IMG/VR virus record: IMGVR_UViG_2690316345_000017
Origin: a virus
Lineage: Duplodnaviria; Heunggongvirae; Uroviricota; Caudoviricetes
DNA length: 12,825 nucleotides
Strand: one strand, 5' to 3'
In this document: piece by piece, positions 1 through 12,825 of the stretch
Numbering within the stretch: position 1 is the stretch's first letter
Layout: every line of letters starts with the position of its first letter
Position numbers and translations under genes: made by a program
Notes under the pieces: model-generated
Database searches by the model: none
Told to the model about the DNA's origin: nothing
The model's input: the letters and a program-made list of their open reading frames with translations, nothing else

Positions 1-195
1 GGCATCCGCATAGTGCACTGGGTTATCGCTCGCCACGGGAATATCTACGGCAGCAAGCCAGTAATGGGTTAAGTGATAACAGGTGTCTGGAAATATAGGG
101 GCAAATCCACATAGTCACATCGAACGCGATTCTGGCGGTGCCGCATTTTTATTTATTCATTTTCTGTGAGAGAAGGGCTAGTTCTGTAGAGGGAA

Positions 196-229
196 TGTAA
201 AAAAGAGTGCCCCGAATGGAACACTCTTT
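196..229 (-). terminator. Candidate Rho-independent terminator downstream of yeeJ
   Basis: Minus-strand RNA reads AAAGAGUGUUCC-AUUC-GGGGCACUCUUU (12-bp stem with two G-U pairs, tetraloop) followed by UUUACAU. It lies about 20 nt past the yeeJ stop codon (249-251). The plus-strand version has mismatches and no U-tract. Confidence 0.5.
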
Positions 230-248
230 AAGAAATTATAACGGAAAA

Positions 249-7325
<7,077 letters not shown>

Positions 7326-7514
7326 GCTTACCTTCCCTGAACGAGCTAACATAAATGCGCCCTTTCTAGCACAGCGAAAAAATGTAAATACTGATAGCAA
7401 TATGATTGAAAATTAATAACTTTTCGTTAGGCAGTTTTGGGTGTGAGTTGCAAGAGGGGAGACTACTGAATAACTCAAGTTTTATAATCGAGGGGAAAAT
7501 GGTGATGGCGTTCA

Positions 7515-7549
7515 TAGCAAAACGCCCTCAACCATAAAGGTCGAGGGCG
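7515..7549 (-). terminator. Candidate Rho-independent terminator downstream of asnT
   Basis: Minus-strand RNA reads CGCCCUCGACC-UUUAU-GGUUGAGGGCG (11-bp stem with one G-U) followed by UUUUGCUAU. It lies about 90 nt downstream of the tRNA-Asn 3' end. The plus-strand version has a mismatch and no U-tract. Confidence 0.5.
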
Positions 7550-7638
7550 CTTAAGATGTTAAAAACCCGCTATCCGTTAAAAAACAATGTTCAACTAAGG
7601 TCAGTGACATTGCGCTAAAAAAGCGAATTTTTAGAATT

Positions 7639-7714
7639 TGGCTCCTCTGACTGGACTCGAACCAGTGACATACGGATTAACAGTCCGCCGTTCTACCGAC
7701 TGAACTACAGAGGA
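7639..7714 (-). tRNA. asnT: tRNA-Asn (anticodon GUU)
   Basis: Reverse complement of 7639..7714 is TCCTCTGTAGTTCAGTCGGTAGAACGGCGGACTGTTAATCCGTATGTCACTGGTTCGAGTCCAGTCAGAGGAGCCA, 76 nt with encoded CCA, which I recognise as canonical E. coli tRNA-Asn. Anticodon loop CUGUUAA. The symbol asnT is assigned from its position between mtfA and yeeJ. Confidence 0.96.
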
Positions 7715-7732
7715 ATCGTGTGAACGGGGCGA

Positions 7733-7761
7733 ATATTACTTAGCGGTACCTTGTCTGTCAA
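7733..7761 (-). promoter_or_regulatory. Candidate sigma70 promoter of asnT
   Basis: Minus strand has -35 TTGACA (7756-7761), a 17-nt spacer, -10 TAATAT (7733-7738), then a GC-rich discriminator (TCGCCCC) a few nt before the mature tRNA 5' end. This is the typical layout of stringently controlled tRNA promoters. AT-rich sequence lies upstream. Confidence 0.5.
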
Positions 7762-7814
7762 CACTAAATTTCATAAGTCATTTCAATTGGTTAATTAATC
7801 TGCAAAGTTGTTAA

Positions 7815-8612
7815 TTAATGAACATTCGTCGCCGAAAACGAGTCTGTATCATTAGCGTGATGCAGTCTCTGCAAAGGATCTTGTTGATAAAATTGGCAGA
7901 AACGTTGCCACAATGAAGGGAAACGAGGAGCAAAAAGTTCTGGGGCGCTAAAGAAATATTCAGAAAGTACGGCAAAACATTCAGCAGGATCGCTGGCTGC
8001 ATAAGCATCAATGCTCGCCGCATTCTCGCCAACCAATTCGATTTCTTCCTGAATGTTGTTCATTGCAGCATGAAGATCGTGTTCCCAGCCAGCAACCTCA
8101 CGCAACGGAATAAAGGGAACTCCGCTGGCGCGATCGCCGTTACGGGTGTCCAGCTTATGAGCGACTTCATGAATAATCAGGTTAAAACCAGAAGCATCAA
8201 AAGAATCTTGTATATCCAACCAGTTCAAAACGATAGGCCCTTGCTGCCAGCTCTGACCTGACTGAACAATACGTTGGTTATGCACCAGACCGATATCGTC
8301 TTCCCATTCATCATCGACCACAAATGGCGCAGGATAAATTAAGACTTCATGAAAACCATCCAGCCATTCCAGTCCTAACTCCAGAACGGGTAGGCAAAAT
8401 AGAAGTGCTATCCGGCAGCTTCTTAATGAATCCAGTTCAAAGCCCTGTAAAGGAACAAGCCGCTTTTGCTGTAAAAAACGTTCGGCAAGAGTGACTAATT
8501 TGCTTTGTTCCTGTTCCGTCAGACACGTTAAAAGGGGGATCGATAGTGCTTCCTGCCAGGGAAGGGCAGTTTGATGTGCTGATTCTTGTACTTTCCAGGG
8601 CCACTTAATCAT
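7815..8612 (-). CDS. mtfA: Mlc titration factor A; HEXXH zinc-dependent peptidase-like protein
   Basis: The track ORF starts at a GTG (8651). The ATG at 8610-8612 gives 265 aa beginning [28 protein letters not shown], matching my recollection of E. coli MtfA. It contains the HEVAH metallopeptidase motif. Confidence 0.92.
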   Translation of the reverse strand: MIKWPWKVQESAHQTALPWQEALSIPLLTCLTEQEQSKLVTLAERFLQQKRLVPLQGFELDSLRSCRIALLFCLPVLELGLEWLDGFHEVLIYPAPFVVDDEWEDDIGLVHNQRIVQSGQSWQQGPIVLNWLDIQDSFDASGFNLIIHEVAHKLDTRNGDRASGVPFIPLREVAGWEHDLHAAMNNIQEEIELVGENAASIDAYAASDPAECFAVLSEYFFSAPELFAPRFPSLWQRFCQFYQQDPLQRLHHANDTDSFSATNVH

Positions 8613-8661
8613 CGTTTTGCTCGCAAACTCGTCACTTGAACAAAATTGCACGGACAGGGAC

Positions 8662-8670
8662 TGTTAAAAT
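8662..8670 (+). promoter_or_regulatory. Possible extended -10 element (TGtTAAAAT) for serU
   Basis: TG at 8662-8663 and TAAAAT at 8665-8670, about 35 nt upstream of the mature tRNA-Ser 5' end and followed by a GC-rich discriminator (GCC). No convincing -35 at 17 +/- 1 nt spacing. This region is also the divergent mtfA upstream region. Confidence 0.25.
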
Positions 8671-8705
8671 GCCAAATTTCCTGGCATCATGGCAACCATC
8701 TGAAC

Positions 8706-8795
8706 GGAGAGATGCCGGAGCGGCTGAACGGACCGGTCTCGAAAACCGGAGTGGGGGCAACTCCACCGGGGGTTCAAATCCCCCTCTCTCCGCCA
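8706..8795 (+). tRNA. serU: tRNA-Ser (anticodon CGA), class II tRNA with long variable arm
   Basis: GGAGAGATGCCGGAGCGGCTGAACGGACCGGTCTCGAAAACCGGAGTGGGGGCAACTCCACCGGGGGTTCAAATCCCCCTCTCTCCGCCA, 90 nt. The 7-bp acceptor stem pairs perfectly, discriminator G, encoded CCA. Anticodon loop CUCGAAA gives anticodon CGA. Divergent from mtfA, as I recall for serU in E. coli. Confidence 0.96.
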
Positions 8796-8840
8796 AAATT
8801 CAATCACTTACACATCATTAAGTCAGTGACAAAAATCACA

Positions 8841-8877
8841 CTTGGAATTACTTGGAATATTTTCTTGGAATATTTTC
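8841..8877 (+). repeat. Tandem direct repeats (CTTGGAAT x3; 13-bp unit CTTGGAATATTTT x2) at the int 3' end; candidate integrase arm-type (P') sites
   Basis: CTTGGAATTA (8841-8850), then CTTGGAATATTTT (8851-8863) and CTTGGAATATTTT (8864-8876). They sit 46-82 bp from the tRNA 3' end and overlap the last int codons (NIPRKYSK) and stop. This is where P' arm sites are expected in an attL. Confidence 0.45.
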
Positions 8878-9873
8878 AGGTAACGGGACATCAAGTGTTG
8901 GTGAAACTTTAACCTTCCTGTCATAGATTAGCACTTGCCCTTCGGTTTTGTGACCAGAGAAAAGTTGCTTATCCCGGCTGCTTCCTTCATAGTCTGAAAT
9001 TCCTTTCGCCTTCAGATCATGAAAGGTGAAGTCGGTTAAAATACCTGAAATTTTTCCAGCACGATTTCTTGCATCTACCCACATTTCGTTAAAGCCTTTG
9101 TACATATATCGGTTGCCGTATTGATTGCTGATCACATAGGCAGATTTTGGTAACTGTTTTGCTTTTTCGATCGCTGCCTGTAATCGTGGACTCCATGCTT
9201 TTATCTGTTTTTTTCCGGTTTTCCCTTGCTGGATGAATATCCCGTCGTTTCCAATCTGTTCCCATTTCAGCGATAACACATCGGAAACCCTCGCTGCACA
9301 CAGATAGGCAATTTCCATTGCGATAAAAACAGGAAGAGGTGCAACGCTTAATACTGCCTGGTATTCTTTGTCGGTTACATATCGTTCGCGGTTTTTGGCC
9401 TTGAATTTACTTACACCTGCACATGGGTTAGCCTTCACGTACCCTCGCTCATACCCCCAACTGTAAACACGGGACATACTGCTTTTTTCATGGTTGGCTT
9501 GCGTTTTACTCTGCTCCCCTCTTTTGTCCATGTATCGACGGATGTGTTCTGGTTTTATGGAATCCGCTGGTACCTTACCGAATACGGCAAGCAACTTTTT
9601 TTGATGTTGCAGATAATCTTTTTGTGTTCTTGGACTAAGGTCACTGTAATAGGCGCTGGCGAGGAATTTTTCCCACAAGCGACCGAATGTCATTGCACGA
9701 TCGCGATTATTTACAGTTTCCTCATACTTTTTCCATAAAGCAGCTAAACCATCCTTGATGGCGGTTAGTGTGACAGATTCTCTGGATGTTGGTTTCCATA
9801 CATAACTATATTTATTTGGGTATACATTTGGAGGTAATTTTTCGTGTTCAGGATTTTTCCTTCGTCTTCCCAT
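8848..9873 (-). CDS. int: Phage integrase, tyrosine recombinase of the lambda Int family
   Basis: 341 aa. N-terminus MGRRRKNPEHEKLPPNVY resembles lambda Int (MGRRRSHERRDLPPNLY). Box I AARVSDVLSLKW, QQGKTGKK (lambda K235 region), HDLKAKGISDY (lambda HELRSLSARLY), and GHKTEGQVLIY with the catalytic Tyr. Adjacent to the tRNA 3' end. Confidence 0.95.
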   Translation of the reverse strand: MGRRRKNPEHEKLPPNVYPNKYSYVWKPTSRESVTLTAIKDGLAALWKKYEETVNNRDRAMTFGRLWEKFLASAYYSDLSPRTQKDYLQHQKKLLAVFGKVPADSIKPEHIRRYMDKRGEQSKTQANHEKSSMSRVYSWGYERGYVKANPCAGVSKFKAKNRERYVTDKEYQAVLSVAPLPVFIAMEIAYLCAARVSDVLSLKWEQIGNDGIFIQQGKTGKKQIKAWSPRLQAAIEKAKQLPKSAYVISNQYGNRYMYKGFNEMWVDARNRAGKISGILTDFTFHDLKAKGISDYEGSSRDKQLFSGHKTEGQVLIYDRKVKVSPTLDVPLPENIPRKYSK

Positions 9874-10076
9874 CAGATCGCACCAAAATTCGGCTCTACC
9901 TCGCGTGGTGGTAAAGTTTTATTGCAGGTAAATAGATCCCGGCTGACAATCGGTTTGCCACTACGATTGGTATAGAACGGAAGCCCGTTTTCCATTAACC
10001 ATTTTCGCTGGTGGCTTGCATATTTGCAGCCCGTTAATATTAGCAATTCATCTTCGGTTAAAAATAAGCTGCTCAT
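9873..10076 (-). CDS. xis: Small DUF4224-like protein, putative excisionase / recombination directionality factor
   Basis: 67 aa (MSSLFLTEDELLILTGCKYASHQRKWLMENGLPFYTNRSGKPIVSRDLF...), matching the DUF4224 pattern as I recall it. Its stop overlaps the int start (TGATG at 9871-9875), suggesting translational coupling. Position immediately upstream of int is typical for xis. Confidence 0.65.
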   Translation of the reverse strand: MSSLFLTEDELLILTGCKYASHQRKWLMENGLPFYTNRSGKPIVSRDLFTCNKTLPPREVEPNFGAI

Positions 10077-10093
10077 AGCTATATCTCATAACC

Positions 10094-10119
10094 GCCGCTA
10101 ACTATATACGGTTAGCGGC
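10094..10119. promoter_or_regulatory. Perfect 9-bp inverted repeat GCCGCTAAC-N8-GTTAGCGGC between the exonuclease-like gene and xis
   Basis: Seen directly: GCCGCTAAC (10094-10102), spacer TATATACG, GTTAGCGGC (10111-10119). No flanking U-tract on either strand, so not a typical intrinsic terminator. It ends about 17 nt upstream of the xis start codon. Function unknown (operator, RNA stem-loop or processing site). Confidence 0.35.
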
Positions 10120-10134
10120 AATTAGGGTTGAACA

Positions 10135-12576
10135 TTAAAAATCAGCCTGACTCGGGATCAGTTTTTGCCAGATAGCTGAAACGTATTTTGCCTGGTAACG
10201 AGCGTCATCAAGTGCATTATGGCGCTCACCTTCGAATGGAATAGCCGTTCTGGCATCGAAGTCTATGGCTTTCCCCAGCTCAACGATTGTGCGTACATCG
10301 CGATCGTTGTAGTAACGCCACGGGCAGGGGATCCCCTGCCGTTCGTATGAACGGCGCAAAATCGTGTTGTCGAAGTTGGCTCCATTTCCCCAGACCTGAA
10401 CAAAAAATTCACCGGAGTTTTCGTCGATAAATTCCCGCAATTGTAACAGTGCATCATCTAACGGGATTTCATCGGTCATAATGGCAGATTGCGCTTCGCG
10501 TGATTGCTTAAGCCACCATTTAATGGTGTCCCGATCAATGACTCCGCCAGCAGTTTCCAGATCGATAGTCTTACTAAATTCCGGTCCCATATCTCCGGTT
10601 TGCGGATCGAAAAATATTGCACCTATTGAGATGATCGGGGCATCAGGATTTTTTCCCATGGTTTCAAGGTCGATCATTAGATGGTCACACGTCCTGCTGG
10701 TGGATGTGATTTCGTGATGACCGTTCACCTTAATTGAGCGATCTGCCGTCTCGCCAGTTTTATTATCGCTGGCGTGATGCTGATTGCCGCCAGGGTTCTC
10801 CTTGTGTGGATGTTCAGCGTCTTCCATTTCCTCCGGATCATTTTCCTGAACTTCAACCTGATTCTCTTCATCGAATGTTTCCTGGTATGTTGCGTCGCCC
10901 ATCACCGCGCCACAATCAGGGCAGTTGCCGCCACCGCTCTGACCGCAGGCGGTGCAGACTTTTTCCGGTTCCTGTTGCGCTACTGGTTCGGATTGTTTCG
11001 TTTCTGGCTCGTTTTGTAACGCATTTGGGCTGTTTTGTTCCGCTTTTTGGTCGTTCCGTTCCGATTCATGCTGGTTCTGGTTCACAGAATCGCGAGTCTG
11101 GATCCCCTTGACCCATTTCGGATCATTAGGGTCGCTAATCCCCTCAACAAATTCACCACGCGATACAGCAAGTAACTTATCGGCGTCAGGCTGGCTGATA
11201 TTGGCTGCCTGCATAATTTTGTTTACTTCGTCAGCGGTGACTTTTACTTGGTTAGCGGAACTCACCTGCGACTGAGCATCCAGCGACTGCGCGTTCTGGC
11301 CATGTTCAGTTGTATCCGGTTCCATTGTTTCAGTTGTTGCCTGTTCACCTGCCATTGCGTCAGATGGTTGTGGTTTTTCTTCTTCTGTTTCACGCTCAGT
11401 AACCACCTCGCGGTTAATTTCTTCCAGGATATCTTTTTCCGGCGTATGCCGGGCAGCTGTGAGAGTTTCCTTGCTGGGGTTCTCGTGATCAGTTTCCGTC
11501 AAATAGGCGTTGATATACCCCTGAAGGCGTCCCGGGTAGTGATAAAATTCAGGGTGTGCGCTTCGGATAAGTGCAAAAATAGCGGCGCGGGAATAGTCCA
11601 GAATACCCGGGGTTGCACGAAGTGCTGCGGACCATTCTTTGAACGGACTTTCTTTGTTCAGGACTACTTCTTTTGCGCGACGATAAATGCTGCCCGGAAT
11701 TTCATAAATATTAAAATCCATCGGAAGTGTGGCTGCTGCAATCTCCACATCCAGTGTGTCGAGGGTGTGTACTAAATTCGGATTGCGATCGGTTTTGTTC
11801 CCACCGCCAGCATTAGCACCGGAAGCCGTGCGGGTGATGCGTGAAACACGATTTCCTTTCATCCACTCTTTTGTCAGCAGACCCCGATCAGTGTAGTCAG
11901 CGTCCAGGTATGCTTCGAAAAAAGCAGTTATTAGGCCCAGGTCTGAATTACCAGGATTAGGGAAAACTTTGTCAGTGTCACGAACCAGTTTGTGGAGGTC
12001 GCGAATCTCCAGCGAGTCGAGCAGACTGGTTTTATGCGAAATAGCCAGGGCAGTAACAGCCGGTAGTTCTTCAGCCCGTGCAATGTGTAATGCCTGGAGT
12101 TCGTCGCGTGAAACGTGCGTTACTGGTTTTTCGCTGCCGTGTTGAGCAAGCCAACGAATGGGCAGTTCCTGACCGGAGACAGGCAGAAGCATGCTCTCCT
12201 CAATCTCAGTCATGTCTTCGCCGTTGATGTTGGTATTGTCAGTGCTGGCTGGTTTGTCCTGAACAGAGGGGGAAGGGCCGATAAATGTCATTGTGATGCC
12301 ATCTTTCCCGCCTTTTTCATAGCGGTTGCAGAATTCAGTATCAAACACGCCTTCTGGCGGAAGGTCGTCAACAACGGGCAAATTGACGCGGACGGGTTTT
12401 TTAAAGTCGTCTTCATCATAATCGTTGTCATCCATTGCGGTAATGCAGCGGGAGATTGCAACAGATAATTTTTTTGCTGTAGTCCAGTAAAAACCACCTT
12501 TAATTCCCAGGCGTTTTCTTACTTTGTCATTTTTTGCTTCGCAATATAGTGCAAATTCTTCTTTATCAGTGCTCAT
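10135..12576 (-). CDS. Prophage RecE-like ('exodeoxyribonuclease VIII'-type) protein: RecE N-terminal-like region, acidic linker with CxxC-x7-CxxC zinc ribbon, C-terminal DEDDh (DnaQ-like) 3'-5' exonuclease domain
   Basis: 813 aa, ATG start with GAGG about 10 nt upstream. Residues ~115-400 ([41 protein letters not shown]...) resemble what I recall of the Rac RecE N-terminal region. Residues ~400-625 are acidic/Q-rich low complexity containing [16 protein letters not shown]. The C-terminus carries DEDDh motifs: LMIDLETMG (Exo I), [13 protein letters not shown] (Exo II), HNALDDARY (Exo III). Confidence 0.85.
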   Translation of the reverse strand: MSTDKEEFALYCEAKNDKVRKRLGIKGGFYWTTAKKLSVAISRCITAMDDNDYDEDDFKKPVRVNLPVVDDLPPEGVFDTEFCNRYEKGGKDGITMTFIGPSPSVQDKPASTDNTNINGEDMTEIEESMLLPVSGQELPIRWLAQHGSEKPVTHVSRDELQALHIARAEELPAVTALAISHKTSLLDSLEIRDLHKLVRDTDKVFPNPGNSDLGLITAFFEAYLDADYTDRGLLTKEWMKGNRVSRITRTASGANAGGGNKTDRNPNLVHTLDTLDVEIAAATLPMDFNIYEIPGSIYRRAKEVVLNKESPFKEWSAALRATPGILDYSRAAIFALIRSAHPEFYHYPGRLQGYINAYLTETDHENPSKETLTAARHTPEKDILEEINREVVTERETEEEKPQPSDAMAGEQATTETMEPDTTEHGQNAQSLDAQSQVSSANQVKVTADEVNKIMQAANISQPDADKLLAVSRGEFVEGISDPNDPKWVKGIQTRDSVNQNQHESERNDQKAEQNSPNALQNEPETKQSEPVAQQEPEKVCTACGQSGGGNCPDCGAVMGDATYQETFDEENQVEVQENDPEEMEDAEHPHKENPGGNQHHASDNKTGETADRSIKVNGHHEITSTSRTCDHLMIDLETMGKNPDAPIISIGAIFFDPQTGDMGPEFSKTIDLETAGGVIDRDTIKWWLKQSREAQSAIMTDEIPLDDALLQLREFIDENSGEFFVQVWGNGANFDNTILRRSYERQGIPCPWRYYNDRDVRTIVELGKAIDFDARTAIPFEGERHNALDDARYQAKYVSAIWQKLIPSQADF

Positions 12577-12669
12577 TATTGGTAAACCTCATCACAGATT
12601 TAAGGGTGAACAAATCTCTGCCATTGCTGACATATAAGAATGAAACTGGATATTTATTACGGTGCTGTT

Positions 12670-12825
12670 TTAAAATCCTGCCGGGATTTCGTTATTATCC
12701 TGGTGAATAACTTTATCGACCGGATAACAGTTGCCTGGAATTTTCTGTTCGGTTGCTGCTGCCATACATTCCTGCATTGTTCTGTGAACACTGACTGCAA
12801 TATCAACTGGCTCTCCGGAAACAAG
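12670..12825 (-). CDS. 3' end of a prophage ORF of unknown function (5' part beyond the window)
   Basis: Minus-strand frame open from the window edge: ...LVSGEPVDIAVSVHRTMQECMAAATEQKIPGNCYPVDKVIHQDNNEIPAGF*, stop at 12670-12672. A second frame is also open to 12657, so the frame is uncertain. Position matches the next gene of the early-left operon. Confidence 0.3.
   Translation of the reverse strand, partial: LVSGEPVDIAVSVHRTMQECMAAATEQKIPGNCYPVDKVIHQDNNEIPAGF

Larger units (their letters stand above)
8796..12825. mobile_element. Left end of a lambdoid prophage integrated at serU (attL side; int, xis, exonuclease-like gene); continues beyond the window
   Basis: A lambda-Int-family integrase gene ends 52 bp from the tRNA-Ser 3' end and reads toward it, followed by an overlapping xis-like gene and phage-type early-left genes, all on the minus strand. 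The exact attL core cannot be delimited without attR; it probably overlaps the 3' part of serU. Confidence 0.85.

Noticed and set aside
1-72. Plus-strand open frame ending at TAA 70-72 (...[23 protein letters not shown]), possibly the 3' end of a gene convergent with yeeJ
   Set aside because: Only 23 codons are visible, with no recognisable motif. It cannot be supported as a gene from this window.
135-150. GCGG-TG-CCGC followed by ATTTTTATTTATT on the plus strand
   Set aside because: A 4-bp stem with a 2-nt loop is sterically implausible as a terminator hairpin. The T-rich tract is probably just AT-rich intergenic sequence.
7612-7632. Short hairpin CGC-N7-GCG plus T-tract just 3' of asnT on the opposite strand
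   Set aside because: The stem is only 3-4 bp, and on the asnT strand it is not followed by a U-tract. The stronger hairpin at 7515..7549 is the better terminator candidate.
7811-8032. Minus-strand 73-aa ORF overlapping the 3' part of mtfA, and plus-strand ORF 8070..8261
   Set aside because: These are alternative-frame or antisense overlaps with the well-supported mtfA CDS.
8613-8651. N-terminal extension of mtfA to the GTG at 8651 (278 aa)
   Set aside because: The ATG at 8612 gives the 265-aa MIKWPWK... start I recall for MtfA. The extension relies on a non-ATG start and would leave almost no room for the divergent serU promoter.
8841-8877. Possibility that the short tandem repeats represent a CRISPR array or satellite
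   Set aside because: There are only two to three units of 10-13 bp with no spacers, and they sit within the int coding end. They are far more consistent with recombinase arm sites or a coding repeat.
8636-8912. Plus-strand ORFs 8636..8821 and 8646..8912
   Set aside because: They run straight through the tRNA-Ser gene and the attL region. The sequence is explained by serU.
9089-9738. ORFs 9089..9301 (minus) and 9490..9738 (plus) inside int
   Set aside because: They are embedded in or antisense to the integrase CDS, which has strong family-level support.
10263-12497. ORFs overlapping the exonuclease-like gene (10263..10457 -, 10481..10717 +, 10734..11111 +, 10774..11019 +, 10952..11275 +, 11248..11775 +, 12115..12468 +, 12288..12497 -)
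   Set aside because: These are antisense or out-of-frame to the 813-aa CDS. The longest (175 aa) is W/F/C-rich, as expected from the antisense of an acidic, E/Q-rich coding region.

Overview
This window looks like an Escherichia/Shigella-type chromosomal segment carrying the left end of a lambdoid prophage integrated at tRNA-Ser (serU). Gene identities come from reading the ORF translations and tRNA sequences against memory; no database search was run. From the left: (1) yeeJ on the minus strand (249..7325), a giant inverse-autotransporter (intimin/invasin-like) adhesin with a long signal peptide, LysM motif, beta-barrel region, a long array of Ig-like repeats and a lectin-like C-terminus; (2) tRNA-Asn (asnT, minus) with a recognisable promoter and a downstream terminator hairpin; (3) mtfA (minus), a HEVAH zinc-peptidase-like protein; (4) tRNA-Ser(CGA) (serU, plus); (5) immediately past the tRNA 3' end, a lambda-Int-family tyrosine integrase, a small DUF4224-like putative excisionase overlapping the int start (TGATG), an 813-aa protein pairing a RecE-like N-terminal region with a C-terminal DEDDh 3'-5' exonuclease domain, and the 3' end of a further minus-strand ORF at the window edge. 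I did not find a clearly novel multi-gene system. The points most worth a second look are the unusual domain architecture of the 813-aa exonuclease-like protein, a lysine where the integrase box II arginine is expected, direct repeats at the int 3' end that may be arm-type sites, and a perfect palindrome between the exonuclease gene and xis. Nearly all plus-strand ORFs in the supplied track are antisense artefacts of the long minus-strand genes.
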